Shown: one piece after another, positions 28,001 to 37,616 of the stretch | Layout: every line of letters begins with the position of its first letter | Numbering within the stretch: position 1 is the stretch's first letter | Assembly (NCBI GenBank): GCA_900539595.1 | Contig: UQCQ01000001.1 | Span: 251,284 to 315,283 of the forward strand | Length of the DNA: 64,000 bases | DNA from: an uncultured Mollicutes bacterium | GTDB taxonomy: Bacteria; Bacillota_I; Bacilli_A; RFN20; CAG-826 | Direction of reading: 5' to 3' | Position numbers and translations under genes: made by a program | Notes under the pieces: generated by a model | The model's input: only the letters and a program-made list of their open reading frames with translations | Told to the model about the DNA's origin: nothing | Database searches by the model: none

Positions 28001-29816
28001 TGAAGCCAGGATAGAGGTGGTTTAAGCGGCGAACCATTTCCTGCCAGCCTTCATTCAGGGCGTTGGCGTCGTAATCCGCACGGTGAGCATCCCCTTCATC
28101 GTAAACGTTAAGTCCTAAGTTGCGAAGCATGGCGCCTTCGTTATGACGGCCAGCCTTCGGGAAGAAATAGTGGGACAAAGGAAGGGTATCGATAATCGGA
28201 TTCTTTAATGGGGGCAATCCCTCCCGTTCCAAGGCGGCGTTAACAAAGCCAATATCGAAAGTCGCGTTATGGGCAACCAAGACGTTATCGCCAAGGAATT
28301 CCATAATCTTAGGAAGGACCTCATGGATGGTCGGCTTATCCGCGAGCATCTCGTCGGTGATGTGGTTGACGGAGCTTGAGCCAATCGGCATCGGCATCTC
28401 TGGATTGATCAAGGTGTCGAAACGTTGAATGACTTGGCCGCCCTCCACGATGACGCCACCAAATTCGACCAAGCGGTCATAACGGGCGCTTAAGCCCGTA
28501 GTTTCGGTATCGAATACGCAATAACGGGCTTTGGATAATTGCTGTTTGCTCGGATTGAAGATGATCGACTGCTCCATGTCGAACATGTAAAGTTCGCAAC
28601 CGTAGATGATCTTCAAAGGGTTGTTCTTGTCTTTATCTCTTGCGCTTTGAGCAGCAGGGAAGGACTGCACGACTCCATGGTCGGTCACCGCGATCGCTTT
28701 CATCCCCATGTGTTTGGCCAATTTGTAATACTGGCTAAAATCGGGTATGGCGTCCATCGTGGACATGTTCGTGTGCAAATGGAGTTCGACGCGTTTCTCC
28801 GGCAAATTCGGGTCATCGTCGCGCATCGGCAAGGGAGGCAATTCATCAATGAAATGCGCGCGAATCGTCTTTTGATGCGAATAGGTATCAATATCAATCG
28901 CCCCGCGAACGCGAAGACGGTCGCCGACTTTGATTCCATCGATTTTCTCATCGGGAATTTTGGATCCGCCAAAGCAGCGGATGGAGATCGCGTTGCTGGG
29001 GTCACCCAAAGAGAACGTCCCCATCTTGCTTCCTTTTTTCGTGATGCGGGTGTCGGCTTCAAAAACTTCGCCGCAGAAATCGACGTTGCATAGACCAAGG
29101 TGATAGATTTCATCAATCTTCTCGGCGATCTTGTAATTGCCGATCTTATTGAGCCTTTGACGGTTTCTTTCTTCCATCATCACCTTGAGGTTTTCTTCCT
29201 TTTGACGGAGCAATTCCTCTTCCCCAATATCGACGGCTTTCTTGAAATCTTCTTGGATTAATTCTTCTCCGCCGAGAACAATAGGCTCATCCACGGGGGA
29301 CGTGGATGCGTTTTCTTCCGTTTTAGACGGCAAATCTTCTTCTTTTTTGGCTTCCTTTTCCTCGGGTTTTTTCGTTTTGACGGAACGCTTTCCTTTGATT
29401 TTGGGGTAGCCCGCGAAATTCAATAAGTCTTCAAAATCTTGAAATTCTTTTTCATCTTGTTCGCGACTATCTTCATCAAAATAAGCATAGACGCCACCCT
29501 CTTCTTCCTTTAAAGCAATCGTTCTCGGGAAATGGATGTGGCAGAACGTATAGTCATGGAAAAATAGAATCACGTCATCCGGAGAAATTTCATCCACATA
29601 AGAAAATCGGATGGAATAGGGGTAACGGACCGTCTCCGCAAGCGCAGTCATGAATTCTTCCAGCAAAGGAAGGGACCATGGGGTTTGTTTTTCGATGAAC
29701 ATCATGATTTCTTCCCGCCGATTGGGATTGCGGCCGAGCATCGTGAAGCGCATATCAAAACGATCGATTTCAAACAAACCGAGAGACGTTAAGAATTTTT
29801 GCATTTTAGGCTGCAT
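25041..29816 (-). CDS. polC: DNA polymerase III PolC-type (alpha subunit, Gram-positive type), 1591 aa.
   Basis: N-terminal domain, OB domain, split PHP, DEDDh exonuclease (VFDTETTG...HNATFDIGF) and the polymerase core are all recognisable. A Lys/Glu-rich linker insertion lies near aa 110-200. Confidence 0.95.
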   Translation of the reverse strand: MQPKMQKFLTSLGLFEIDRFDMRFTMLGRNPNRREEIMMFIEKQTPWSLPLLEEFMTALAETVRYPYSIRFSYVDEISPDDVILFFHDYTFCHIHFPRTIALKEEEGGVYAYFDEDSREQDEKEFQDFEDLLNFAGYPKIKGKRSVKTKKPEEKEAKKEEDLPSKTEENASTSPVDEPIVLGGEELIQEDFKKAVDIGEEELLRQKEENLKVMMEERNRQRLNKIGNYKIAEKIDEIYHLGLCNVDFCGEVFEADTRITKKGSKMGTFSLGDPSNAISIRCFGGSKIPDEKIDGIKVGDRLRVRGAIDIDTYSHQKTIRAHFIDELPPLPMRDDDPNLPEKRVELHLHTNMSTMDAIPDFSQYYKLAKHMGMKAIAVTDHGVVQSFPAAQSARDKDKNNPLKIIYGCELYMFDMEQSIIFNPSKQQLSKARYCVFDTETTGLSARYDRLVEFGGVIVEGGQVIQRFDTLINPEMPMPIGSSSVNHITDEMLADKPTIHEVLPKIMEFLGDNVLVAHNATFDIGFVNAALEREGLPPLKNPIIDTLPLSHYFFPKAGRHNEGAMLRNLGLNVYDEGDAHRADYDANALNEGWQEMVRRLNHLYPGFTHEDLGNLQVELPDIEDVERDTADEGNYARFTRAMNKFMPFWHLQYPKDDIQLEFHSFEEAHQEYKRLAYDPDPNDPDLSKKPVLFQHLTDMKEAFNAFCRNIREYHMVVLAKNTQGMDDIYKIVTQGHTTYLGRVPKTPRRLIEVYRKNMLVGSGCFNSEIFEIALTRNLDVLVDAMKFYDYIEIQPLENYSYLLDMERIASKEHLLEVLHDIVKAAKLAGKPVVATGDCHYVNPEDKILRDVYINAKAIGGGAHPLNPPTRSHYKPFANPDQHFRSTAEMLESFEQWLPKEEAEEYVIKNSNWVADQIEDHITPISHDVFPPNENLPNSAGQLRDLCEGNFHARYDYTFDDDPKVLEAVDFVRKRLDRELEGIIGHGYAVTYFIAHKLIKMANDEPEHYIVGSRGSVGSSFAATMADITEVNALPPHYQCPHCHYLTFKDEDGVDFLKKGYKSGFDLPNKVCPKCGTPLVQNGQNIPFETFLGFAADKVPDIDLNFEDESQHKAHNYTRLLLGPRNVFRAGTIETVAEKTAYGYVRGYFEDLFARDGSGRSVEDVSPTYIAYLASKCQGVKRTTGQHPGGIVVVPSNMSVYNFTAVQHPANDLHSDWLTTHYDFHSMHDEILKFDILGHVDPMAMRYYRDLTGVKIEDIPMNDPKVLSLFTSPRELHLHRNYLNSVTGASALPEFGTDLAQRMLDEAKPKTFNDLLIISGLSHGTNVWQGNAEDLVLSGTTDINGVIGCRDDIMSYLILQGLEPQMAFKIMEDVRHGHGLFQKKEDIYVPAMRAHNVPEWYIDSCRKIQYLFPRGHATAYVMMAVRVAYFKLYYPLQFYAVFFSVRSDAYDIETMIAGEDAIIAKIEALRARKDNRQNPLSNKEANQLKTLLVCLELYERGFHIANIDLYRSDSKMFVVDEKNKCLIPPFIVIDGLGESAGKTVVEARKRLQGRPFLSKEQLLKETKLSSTNVADLDKLGALKDLSESNQLTLF

Positions 29817-29827
29817 GGCAAACCCTC

Positions 29828-31249
29828 TTAAAACAAGCCGACGATATCTTTAATCGTAACGGCAATCATAAGACCAAACAACAAAACAAAGCCAATCGCA
29901 GAAACAATTCCCTGCACTTTTTGCGGCATCTTTTTCTTCGTGATTGCTTCTACGGCAGTTACCACGAGCTGCCACCCATCTAATCCAGGGAAGGGCAATA
30001 AATTGAAGAACGCCAGGTTAATGGAAAGCAAGCCAGCAAAATAGAAGATATGGCCCGCTCCACCCATGGCTTCGATTTGAGGCAAAGCCGCAGTCATGCC
30101 GACAAGGCCCGACATGTTTTTAAAACCATCGCTTGTAAACAAGGACGCAAAGCCTTTCACAATCGCTCCGCAAGCTTCCGGAACGTCTTTGGCCCACTGT
30201 TTCCAGGACCCGGTCCAACCGTTCCATTCCTTCAAAATAGCAACTTTCGCCCCTTCGGATTGAAGTTTCTTCCCCTGGTAAGTCACGCGGACTTTCGTAT
30301 CGATGCGATGGTTCCAGTAGGCATTCGAATAAGCGGATTCCGTTTCGCTTTCTTTTCCCGCTTTGGGGCCGCTTAAACGTAAATCAAGTTCAAAATAAGT
30401 TCCTTCCACGGAGAAGGAGAATGATTTGTCTTTGCCCCCTTCTACGCTTAAATCGGGAAGATGCTCGATGCCAACGGCCTTTTGGGCATCGGTGATGGAA
30501 GCATCCAAAGAAGAATCCACGGGATAAAGGCGGATCGAAGGTCCTAAATCATGTTCCTTGATTAACGTTTCCGGATAATAAATCGCCACATATTGGTAAC
30601 CTTCGTTATAAGGCCTCCCGTCTTTCGTGAATAAGGTGACATCGCTATCGACGATGCGGTAGCTCATGCCATTCAAGTTATACTCAGAAACCGTCAAATA
30701 ATAATCAGAAGGAGAAAGCTCTGCCTGTTTCTCCGATTCCACCTTTTCTAACAGGGAGCCTTCATAAGACATGGGCACGCTATCCACGGTTAAAGATTCC
30801 GCCTGCGCTCCCGGGGCAGCAACATAAGACACCGTTCCGCCATATCCCACGTAATAATTGGGGAAGGCAACGTCGGAAATATAAATTAAAACCAAGCCCA
30901 AGATGAAATTGACCGTAACTCCAGCTACAAGCACCAAACACTTTTTCCATTTGGCAATCGCATTCAAAGAACGGTCGGGAGAAGGCTCGACTTCACCATC
31001 GGGCACCGCCCCTTCTTCTCCGTACATGGATACATATCCGCCCAAAGGAATCGCGCGCAACGAAAAATAGGTTTCTTTCCCTTCTTTTCTTTTATGCAAA
31101 ATCGCAGGTCCAAAGCCAATGGAATATTCAAAGCAATACACCTTGAAGAGCTTTGCCATCCCCAAATGCCCTGCTTCATGCAAGGAAATCAATAATCCAA
31201 GAATGACGATGATGATGAAGATATTAAGAAGAATCATGTACCAGGCCAT
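29828..31249 (-). CDS. rseP: RIP metalloprotease RseP (site-2 protease).
   Basis: HEAGHLGMAKLF (HExxH) in the first TM. A PDZ-containing periplasmic insert. A C-terminal LDG motif (GLDGWQL). Start MAWYM, with GGAGG 8 nt upstream. Confidence 0.85.
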   Translation of the reverse strand: MAWYMILLNIFIIIVILGLLISLHEAGHLGMAKLFKVYCFEYSIGFGPAILHKRKEGKETYFSLRAIPLGGYVSMYGEEGAVPDGEVEPSPDRSLNAIAKWKKCLVLVAGVTVNFILGLVLIYISDVAFPNYYVGYGGTVSYVAAPGAQAESLTVDSVPMSYEGSLLEKVESEKQAELSPSDYYLTVSEYNLNGMSYRIVDSDVTLFTKDGRPYNEGYQYVAIYYPETLIKEHDLGPSIRLYPVDSSLDASITDAQKAVGIEHLPDLSVEGGKDKSFSFSVEGTYFELDLRLSGPKAGKESETESAYSNAYWNHRIDTKVRVTYQGKKLQSEGAKVAILKEWNGWTGSWKQWAKDVPEACGAIVKGFASLFTSDGFKNMSGLVGMTAALPQIEAMGGAGHIFYFAGLLSINLAFFNLLPFPGLDGWQLVVTAVEAITKKKMPQKVQGIVSAIGFVLLFGLMIAVTIKDIVGLF

Positions 31250-31253
31250 AGGG

Positions 31254-32402
31254 TTAACCTCCAATTTGTTGTTCCACGAATGCGCGAGATGCTTTATCGG
31301 CTTCTTGCATTTCTAAATAAGTAGGATGAGCGGTGCAAGGCAAGACGTCAACGGCTTGCTTCACCAATTTTTCTATCGAAAGGAAGGGGATACGGTGGGC
31401 GAGGAAAGCATAAACCGCCGCCTCATTCGCCCCGTTTAGCACCGCGCGGCTTGTTCCGCCTTTTTCAAATGCCTTCAAGGCAATTCCCGGCGCGGGGTAA
31501 CGTTCCGCGTCAAAGGGATGGAAATGATAGGGCCGCAGTTCTTCCAAGGATCCTACATGTTCTAAAGAGAAATTCACGTTGGATTCATATAAGGCATAGG
31601 CGATGGGGCCATGCATATCGGGCTCAGACACATCCGCGAGCAGCGTTCCATCTTTTAAGCGAAGCAAAGAATGGACGTGGCTTTCATCGTGGAGAATAAT
31701 TTTGGTCTTTTCTAACGGGAAATCGAAGAGAACCTTAGCTTCTAGAACCTCGAACCCCTTATTCATCATGGTTGCCGAATCAATCGTGATTTTGGCCCCC
31801 ATGTTCCAAGTGGGATGATGAAGGGCTTCTTCTGGGGTCACATTGGTTAATTCTTCTCGCTTTTTCGTTCGGAAGGAACCCCCGCTCCCCGTAATCCAAA
31901 TTTCATCCACGTCTTCTCGTTGAACCCGAGAAAGCAATTTGGCAATCGCCACATGCTCAGAATCAATGGGATAGATTTTTCCTTTTCCTTGAGCAATTAA
32001 ATCGCGAATCAAATCTCCGCCGACGACCAAGGATTCCTTGTTCGCCAAACAAAGAATTTTGTTTTCTTCTAGGCTGCATAAACTAGGGGCAAGACCCGCA
32101 AACCCAACCAAAGCGTTTACGACCATGTCGCAGCCACATTCCCGAATCAAGCAAAGCAATCCTTCCTCCCCGTAATACCAATGGAGATTAGGATAGGAAC
32201 GGGAATATCGTTCATAATCCTTCTCTTCCTGGACGCAGAGGAATTTCACGGAAGGGAAATCATGGAGAATGGAAGGAATCTTTTGAACTTGATGGCCCAC
32301 GGAAAATCCCACTAACCTAAAATGCCCCGCATCGTTGCGGAGAACATCCAAACTTTGCGTTCCAATGGAGCCACTGGCCCCTAAAAGACAAACTTTCCTC
32401 AT
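31254..32402 (-). CDS. dxr: 1-deoxy-D-xylulose 5-phosphate reductoisomerase.
   Basis: MRKVCLLGASGSIGTQSLDV... is the Dxr N-terminus. ATGA overlap with the cdsA stop. Confidence 0.9.
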   Translation of the reverse strand: MRKVCLLGASGSIGTQSLDVLRNDAGHFRLVGFSVGHQVQKIPSILHDFPSVKFLCVQEEKDYERYSRSYPNLHWYYGEEGLLCLIRECGCDMVVNALVGFAGLAPSLCSLEENKILCLANKESLVVGGDLIRDLIAQGKGKIYPIDSEHVAIAKLLSRVQREDVDEIWITGSGGSFRTKKREELTNVTPEEALHHPTWNMGAKITIDSATMMNKGFEVLEAKVLFDFPLEKTKIILHDESHVHSLLRLKDGTLLADVSEPDMHGPIAYALYESNVNFSLEHVGSLEELRPYHFHPFDAERYPAPGIALKAFEKGGTSRAVLNGANEAAVYAFLAHRIPFLSIEKLVKQAVDVLPCTAHPTYLEMQEADKASRAFVEQQIGG

Positions 32403-33508
32403 CGGAAGAAATTCCATCCATTCACCGTGAAGACGGCAAAAATCGACGCGTAAATCATGCAGAAGAGCAAAGAGTCCGCGCGATCCAATACACCCCCGTG
32501 GGCGCCGAGCACATGGCTATAATCCTTAAAGCCGTAATAACGTTTAATCATGGAAAACGTAAAATCGCCAAGGTTGGCAACTGGGGGCAACGTCAAACTC
32601 AAAATCAGCGGCATCCACCATTGACCGCTCGTTCCAAATATCTTCATGGAAGGCAACGCTTCCGCCCCATTCACATCGCAAATCATCAAGAAAGCAAAGC
32701 CAACGAGGGCTCCGCCAATCACACCGCCAACGAATCCTTCCCAGGTCTTATTGGGGGAAATGCGGGGGGACATATGGTGTTTGCCAAATAGCATCCCCAC
32801 AAAATAAGCGAACGTATCATTCATGTAGGTGGTCAAGACAATGAAAACAAAGAAGATCAAGGACTTCCAATATTTAAACATTGGGGAAGTTAGAATCTCT
32901 CCTTTTTGCGCTTCCGTAAGCACCTTGTCGTTAAAAACCATCGCATAAGGCACATAACGGCAGAAAAGAATCGCCTGAAAGCCAAGACCAATGATGAAAG
33001 TCATCGTGAAGAAATAGGTAACGTCTTGCCACGTGAAATCTTCATGAAGAATGGCGAAAAGAGCGTAAATGCCAAAGCAAGCCGCGATGCCATACCAAGA
33101 AACCCACGGCTGGGTAAAGTGGTTTTGAAGGCTCGGATACCAACTAGGTGCTTCAATCGAAGGCATGGTGGATTCGTCAAACATCGCTTTCTTTTCGAGA
33201 TAGGCGAGATAACTAGAGACATTGGATTTAATAACAAACCAGAACGTAAAGGCATAGATGGCAATGTAAGTGAAAACCCAGATGTACCATTTATATTTCT
33301 TTTGGGGAGCCTTAAGGACTTCGTAGGCCGCTATGCCCAAAAATACGGCGACAAAAGCAAACCAATACCAGCTACCTAAAATAATGCAGGGTAAGGCAAT
33401 GGCAATCAGGATCGCCGCAACAATAATGCGGTTCCCCATGCTTTTCTTTTTCTTTTCATCCAAAGGATTGATCTCAATGTGATGATGAGGTTTCTTCTCT
33501 TCACTCAT
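32399..33508 (-). CDS. cdsA: Phosphatidate cytidylyltransferase, with an N-terminal extension.
   Basis: Polytopic. C-terminal CdsA signature ...SMIKRYYGFKDYSHVLGAHGGVLDRADSLLF. Confidence 0.85.
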   Translation of the reverse strand: MSEEKKPHHHIEINPLDEKKKKSMGNRIIVAAILIAIALPCIILGSWYWFAFVAVFLGIAAYEVLKAPQKKYKWYIWVFTYIAIYAFTFWFVIKSNVSSYLAYLEKKAMFDESTMPSIEAPSWYPSLQNHFTQPWVSWYGIAACFGIYALFAILHEDFTWQDVTYFFTMTFIIGLGFQAILFCRYVPYAMVFNDKVLTEAQKGEILTSPMFKYWKSLIFFVFIVLTTYMNDTFAYFVGMLFGKHHMSPRISPNKTWEGFVGGVIGGALVGFAFLMICDVNGAEALPSMKIFGTSGQWWMPLILSLTLPPVANLGDFTFSMIKRYYGFKDYSHVLGAHGGVLDRADSLLFCMIYASIFAVFTVNGWNFFR

Positions 33509-34235
33509 TTTTTAACCCTCCATATCGTCTTGAACGGGCGTTAAATTCTTTAAGGCAATCTACAAAATCGTCATGACGGAAATCCGGCCACTTCGTCGAG
33601 GTGAACACAAATTCCGCATAGGCATTTTCGTAAAGCATGAAATTGGATAAGCGTTCTTCTCCCGAGGTGCGAATCATTAAGTCCACATCAGGGAGACCAG
33701 CCGTATAAAGGTAACTCTTAAACGTTTCCTCCGTTAAGTCCTCTAGATTCTTCTTTCCTTCCATGACGTCGCGCGCAAAGGCTTTAGATGCGCGGACAAT
33801 CTCGTCGCGACCGCCGTAATTAAGGCACACGTTGATCACCCAGCTATCATTGTTTTTCGTCCGTTCCACCGCTTGAAGGCACACTTCACGAGTTTGGGGA
33901 CGAATGCGACTTAAATCGCCGGAAATCATGATTTTGGTTCCAACTGAATCCAAATAATCGATTTCTTTCTGAAAGAATTCCTCAAGATAATCCATCAAAT
34001 GATCGATTTCTTCTTGGGGGCGATTCCAGTTTTCCGTAGAGAAGGCGTAGAAACTCATGACACGAATATTAAATTCGCGGCACGTTTCAAAGATTTCAAT
34101 GATGCGCTTGCACGCTTCGTGATGGCCAAAATGGCGAGCTAATCCCCGTTGTTTGGCCCAACGTCCATTCCCATCCATGATGAAGGCGACGTGGTCACAT
34201 TTTTTCGTTAGTTGAAATCCTTCTTTTTTTGCCAT
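33501..34235 (-). CDS. uppS: Isoprenyl transferase (undecaprenyl-diphosphate synthase).
   Basis: HVAFIMDGNGRWAKQRGL...ENWNRP...RTSGE.RLSNF motifs. Start at MAKKEGF; the upstream in-frame extension contains a TATAAT box. Confidence 0.85.
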   Translation of the reverse strand: MAKKEGFQLTKKCDHVAFIMDGNGRWAKQRGLARHFGHHEACKRIIEIFETCREFNIRVMSFYAFSTENWNRPQEEIDHLMDYLEEFFQKEIDYLDSVGTKIMISGDLSRIRPQTREVCLQAVERTKNNDSWVINVCLNYGGRDEIVRASKAFARDVMEGKKNLEDLTEETFKSYLYTAGLPDVDLMIRTSGEERLSNFMLYENAYAEFVFTSTKWPDFRHDDFVDCLKEFNARSRRYGGLKNE

Positions 34236-34318
34236 TGGAAGAATTATAAACGAGGAATCACAAGCGTGCATTAAAAAGGCAGGGCTATGCCCTGCCACAA
34301 AGGTTCAAAAAGAGGGAT

Positions 34319-34864
34319 TTAGATTGAAAGGATTTCGTCTTGTTTTTCTTTGACCATCGATTCAATGGTTTTGTTGACGGCATCCACTTCTTTTTGGAGG
34401 TCTTCTTCCACGCGGTCGCGATAATCATCCGACATGGAATCGTCGTCTTTTAGCATCGACAAGGTGTCGCGACGGACGTTACGGACGGCAACTTTGGCTT
34501 CTTCGCCAAGAGCTTTGGCCTTTTTGGCGATGTCTTTGCGGGTTTCTTCCGTCAAGGGAGCCACGACAATGCGAATGCCATCGGCTTCAATTTGCGGGTT
34601 CACGCCAAGGTTAGCGGCAGCAATGCCGGCGGCAATGCTTTTAATATCTTCGCGAGAATAGGGGCGAATGTAGAGCTGACGGGGTTCGGGACGGCTGATT
34701 TGGCAGAGGTCAACAATTGCCATGCGGTCCCCATAATAATCGCACATCACTCCGTTGAGCATCGCGGGGTTCGCTTGTCCCGAGCGAAGCTTATCCATCC
34801 CAACGCCTAAGTTTTTAACGGCTTTTTCAAATTCGCCTTTGGCTTCCATTACATATGCATCCAT
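34319..34864 (-). CDS. frr: Ribosome recycling factor.
   Basis: 181 aa, typical Frr sequence. Conserved position in the pyrH-frr operon. Confidence 0.9.
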   Translation of the reverse strand: MDAYVMEAKGEFEKAVKNLGVGMDKLRSGQANPAMLNGVMCDYYGDRMAIVDLCQISRPEPRQLYIRPYSREDIKSIAAGIAAANLGVNPQIEADGIRIVVAPLTEETRKDIAKKAKALGEEAKVAVRNVRRDTLSMLKDDDSMSDDYRDRVEEDLQKEVDAVNKTIESMVKEKQDEILSI

Positions 34865-34904
34865 GTTTCAGTTCTCCTTTATCTATGGTTTCTTATGAAT
34901 GATT

Positions 34905-35627
34905 CTATTCATCAATGACGGTCGTGCCAACCTTTTCTCCCATCAAAACCTTTTTGAAGGCTGCGGGGTCGTCCATCGAGAAGACGCGGATGGCAACGTG
35001 TTTTCCTTCTAGCATCGCTGCGGCGGACAAATCCATAATCGCGAGTTTGCGGGAAATCATCTCGGCTAAGCTAATTTGATCAATCTTTTTGGCATTCGGG
35101 TTTTTGCGCGGATCCGCGTCATAAACGCCATCCACTCCGTTTTTAGCCATAAGAATGGCATCTGCCCCCACTTCCAAGGCGCGGAGAGCAGCGCAGCTAT
35201 CCGTCGTGCAGTAGGGATTGCCCGTTCCTCCCCCGAAGATGACAACGATGCCATCATCTAAGTGAGCAATGGCTTTTCTGCGATAATAAGGTTCGCAAAC
35301 TTGGGGAATATTGATGGCCGACATCACGCGGCAAGGCAATCCTTTTTCCTCGATGGCGCTTTGGATGGCCAAGGCGTTAATCACGGTGCCAAGCATTCCC
35401 ATGTAATCGGCAGTCGAGGGCTCGATGCCGATTTTATCCGCAAGGCGTCCTCTCCAAATGTTTCCGGCTCCAACAACGATGCCGACGTCTACGCCAAGGG
35501 AGCGGATCATCTTGACCGTGTTGGCGATTGTCAGCAACTTCTCGTGGTCTAAAATCGTACTGTCTTTGTTATCCGCCAAAGCCTCGCCAGAAAGCTTGAG
35601 GATAACGCGTTTATAAATGGGTTCCAT
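34905..35627 (-). CDS. pyrH: UMP kinase.
   Basis: RVILKLSGEAL...GGGTGNPY...DGVYDADP motifs. Confidence 0.9.
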   Translation of the reverse strand: MEPIYKRVILKLSGEALADNKDSTILDHEKLLTIANTVKMIRSLGVDVGIVVGAGNIWRGRLADKIGIEPSTADYMGMLGTVINALAIQSAIEEKGLPCRVMSAINIPQVCEPYYRRKAIAHLDDGIVVIFGGGTGNPYCTTDSCAALRALEVGADAILMAKNGVDGVYDADPRKNPNAKKIDQISLAEMISRKLAIMDLSAAAMLEGKHVAIRVFSMDDPAAFKKVLMGEKVGTTVIDE

Positions 35628-35685
35628 AACTTCGATATTCTAATCAAATGAAACGCCCTTGAAAAGGAAAGAACCTATCGACAAT

Positions 35686-35711
35686 GAAAAAGCCCCCGCA
35701 TTGTTGCGGGG
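35686..35711 (-). terminator. Rho-independent terminator after tsf.
   Basis: CCCCGCAACAATGCGGGG plus GCTTTTTC on the minus strand. Confidence 0.5.
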
Positions 35712-35733
35712 ACCTGGTTTATTTAGACGTTAA

Positions 35734-36585
35734 TTAGTCTTCTTTGGCCGATTTGTCGACACCTTCGCCAACGAGGTAGCGAACGAAGGTAACAACTTTG
35801 GCACCCTTTTCCTTCAAGAATTGGGAGACAAGGAGTTTTCCGTCCGGATCCAAGGCGTAGGGCTTGGCTTCCAAGCAGTTTTCGCCGAGGCGGGAATCCA
35901 CTTTGCGTTGGGCAATCATGGCTTTGACGTTCTCGGGCTTGCTGGCAAGTTTCGGATCTTCGGCAACTTCCTTTTGAGCGATGGCGAGTTCACGTTCGCG
36001 GTCCGCAGCGGGAACATCGGCAAGGGTCAAATATTCCGGAGCGGCGGAGGCGATGGTCATGGCAATGCCACGGTTCGCTTCGCCGAGGTCTTTGGAGAGA
36101 ACCGCAAGAGCAGCGATCTTGCCGCCCATGTGGATATAGCTTCCGAAGGCTTCGCCATCCTTGAGTTCAAGGAAGGCATAGCGGCGGAGAAGGAATTTTT
36201 CGCCCATGGCGATGGTCGCTTCCGCGAAGAGATCCTTCGTGGCTTCTTGGGCTTCTTCCAAGGTTTTGCAGCCTTTGGCGAAGAGTTCGTCCATCACTTT
36301 GGCCGTGAATTCGTGGAATTTGTCAGAAGAGGAAACAAAGTCGGTTTCGCAGTTGATTTCAGCAACGACGGCCTTTCCTTCGCCGGTCTTGACGAGGGCA
36401 AGTCCTTCTGCAGCAACGCGGCCAGCCTTCTTAGCGGCTTTGGCGATGCCTTTTTCGCGGAGGATATCGATCGCTTTTTCGATATCGGCGTCCGCTTCGA
36501 TGAGGGCTTCCTTGCAGTTCATGAGACCCGCGCCAGTGCGGTCACGGAGCTCTTTGATTTGATCAATGGTAACTTTGGCAGCCAT
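35734..36585 (-). CDS. tsf: Elongation factor Ts.
   Basis: MAAKVTIDQIKELRDRTGAGLMNCKEAL... is the UBA-like N-terminus plus dimerisation core. TAATG overlap with rpsB. Confidence 0.9.
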   Translation of the reverse strand: MAAKVTIDQIKELRDRTGAGLMNCKEALIEADADIEKAIDILREKGIAKAAKKAGRVAAEGLALVKTGEGKAVVAEINCETDFVSSSDKFHEFTAKVMDELFAKGCKTLEEAQEATKDLFAEATIAMGEKFLLRRYAFLELKDGEAFGSYIHMGGKIAALAVLSKDLGEANRGIAMTIASAAPEYLTLADVPAADRERELAIAQKEVAEDPKLASKPENVKAMIAQRKVDSRLGENCLEAKPYALDPDGKLLVSQFLKEKGAKVVTFVRYLVGEGVDKSAKED

Positions 36586-37616
36586 TATTTGCTCTCCTTG
36601 GCTTCTTCAGCAGGGGCAGCACCAGCAGCGGTTTTGGCTTGTTCCGCGCGACGGGCTTGGAAACGAGCTTCGCGTTCAGCACGCATCTTGGCAAAGCGTT
36701 CTTCACGGGCTTTGCGGGCGGCGCGGAGAGCTTGGCGATGTTGTTCGGCGGCGATATCAGCAACACGGATGGCATCAGCCATGGTGGATTCGGGTCCTTC
36801 GTCCTTCACATAGGCGAATTCAGTGACACCGGCACGGGCTTCGACGACAGCGTCGGCGAGGACACCAACAATCAATTTGATGGCGCTGGTGGCGTCGTTG
36901 TTGGTCGGAATGGGGAAGTCGACGAGTTCAGGATCATCGCTGGTATCGCAGAGAGCGAAGACCGGGATGTTGAGCTTGCGAGCTTCAAGAGCAGCGTTCT
37001 TTTCGAGGGTCGGATCCGCGAGGACGATGGCCTGCGGAAGGCGACGCATTTCTTTCAAACCGCCAAGGTTCTTGTCGAGTTTGGCGTATTCTTTGCGAAG
37101 AAGAGCAACTTCCTTCTTGGGGAGTTTGTCCCAGGATCCGTCCGCTTGGGCGGTATCGAGGTCGCGGAGACGCTTAATGCGAGCCGCGATGGTGCGCCAG
37201 TTGGTGAGAGTGCCGCCGAGCCAGCGGTTGATGATGTAGAACGATCCAGAACGAACCGCTTCGTCGATGACGATTTGTTGGGCTTGGGCTTTGGTTCCGA
37301 CAAAGAGAACTTTTCCGCCAGCTTCAACGATGGCCTTCAAAGCGTTATAGGCAAGGATGGTGCGTTCGACCGTTTTGTTCAAGTCGATGAGGTAGATGCC
37401 GTTGCGGGCGCCGTAGATGAAACGGCCCATCTTCGGGTTCCAACGACGGGTTTGATGTCCGAAGTGAACTCCGTTTTCCAAGCACTTCTTGATCGTGATG
37501 ATCGGGGCGTTGGGATCGTGGAAGACTTCCGCCATATCAGCGGTTTCCACGGGTTTGGCTTCTTCAGCCGGTGCGACCGCTTCGGCGACCGCTTCCTGTT
37601 TGATTTCGTCACTCAT
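36585..37616 (-). CDS. rpsB: 30S ribosomal protein S2, with ~40 aa N-terminal and ~60 aa C-terminal extensions.
   Basis: The core is LENGVHFGHQTRRWNPKMGRFIYGARNGIYLIDL. GGAGG RBS 9 nt upstream of MSDEIK. The C-terminal tail is Ala/Arg/Glu/Lys-rich. Confidence 0.9.
   Translation of the reverse strand: MSDEIKQEAVAEAVAPAEEAKPVETADMAEVFHDPNAPIITIKKCLENGVHFGHQTRRWNPKMGRFIYGARNGIYLIDLNKTVERTILAYNALKAIVEAGGKVLFVGTKAQAQQIVIDEAVRSGSFYIINRWLGGTLTNWRTIAARIKRLRDLDTAQADGSWDKLPKKEVALLRKEYAKLDKNLGGLKEMRRLPQAIVLADPTLEKNAALEARKLNIPVFALCDTSDDPELVDFPIPTNNDATSAIKLIVGVLADAVVEARAGVTEFAYVKDEGPESTMADAIRVADIAAEQHRQALRAARKAREERFAKMRAEREARFQARRAEQAKTAAGAAPAEEAKESK

Noticed and set aside
25093-29853. Numerous 60-184 aa ORFs on the plus strand.
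   Set aside because: All are antisense to polC, which is unambiguous across 1591 codons.
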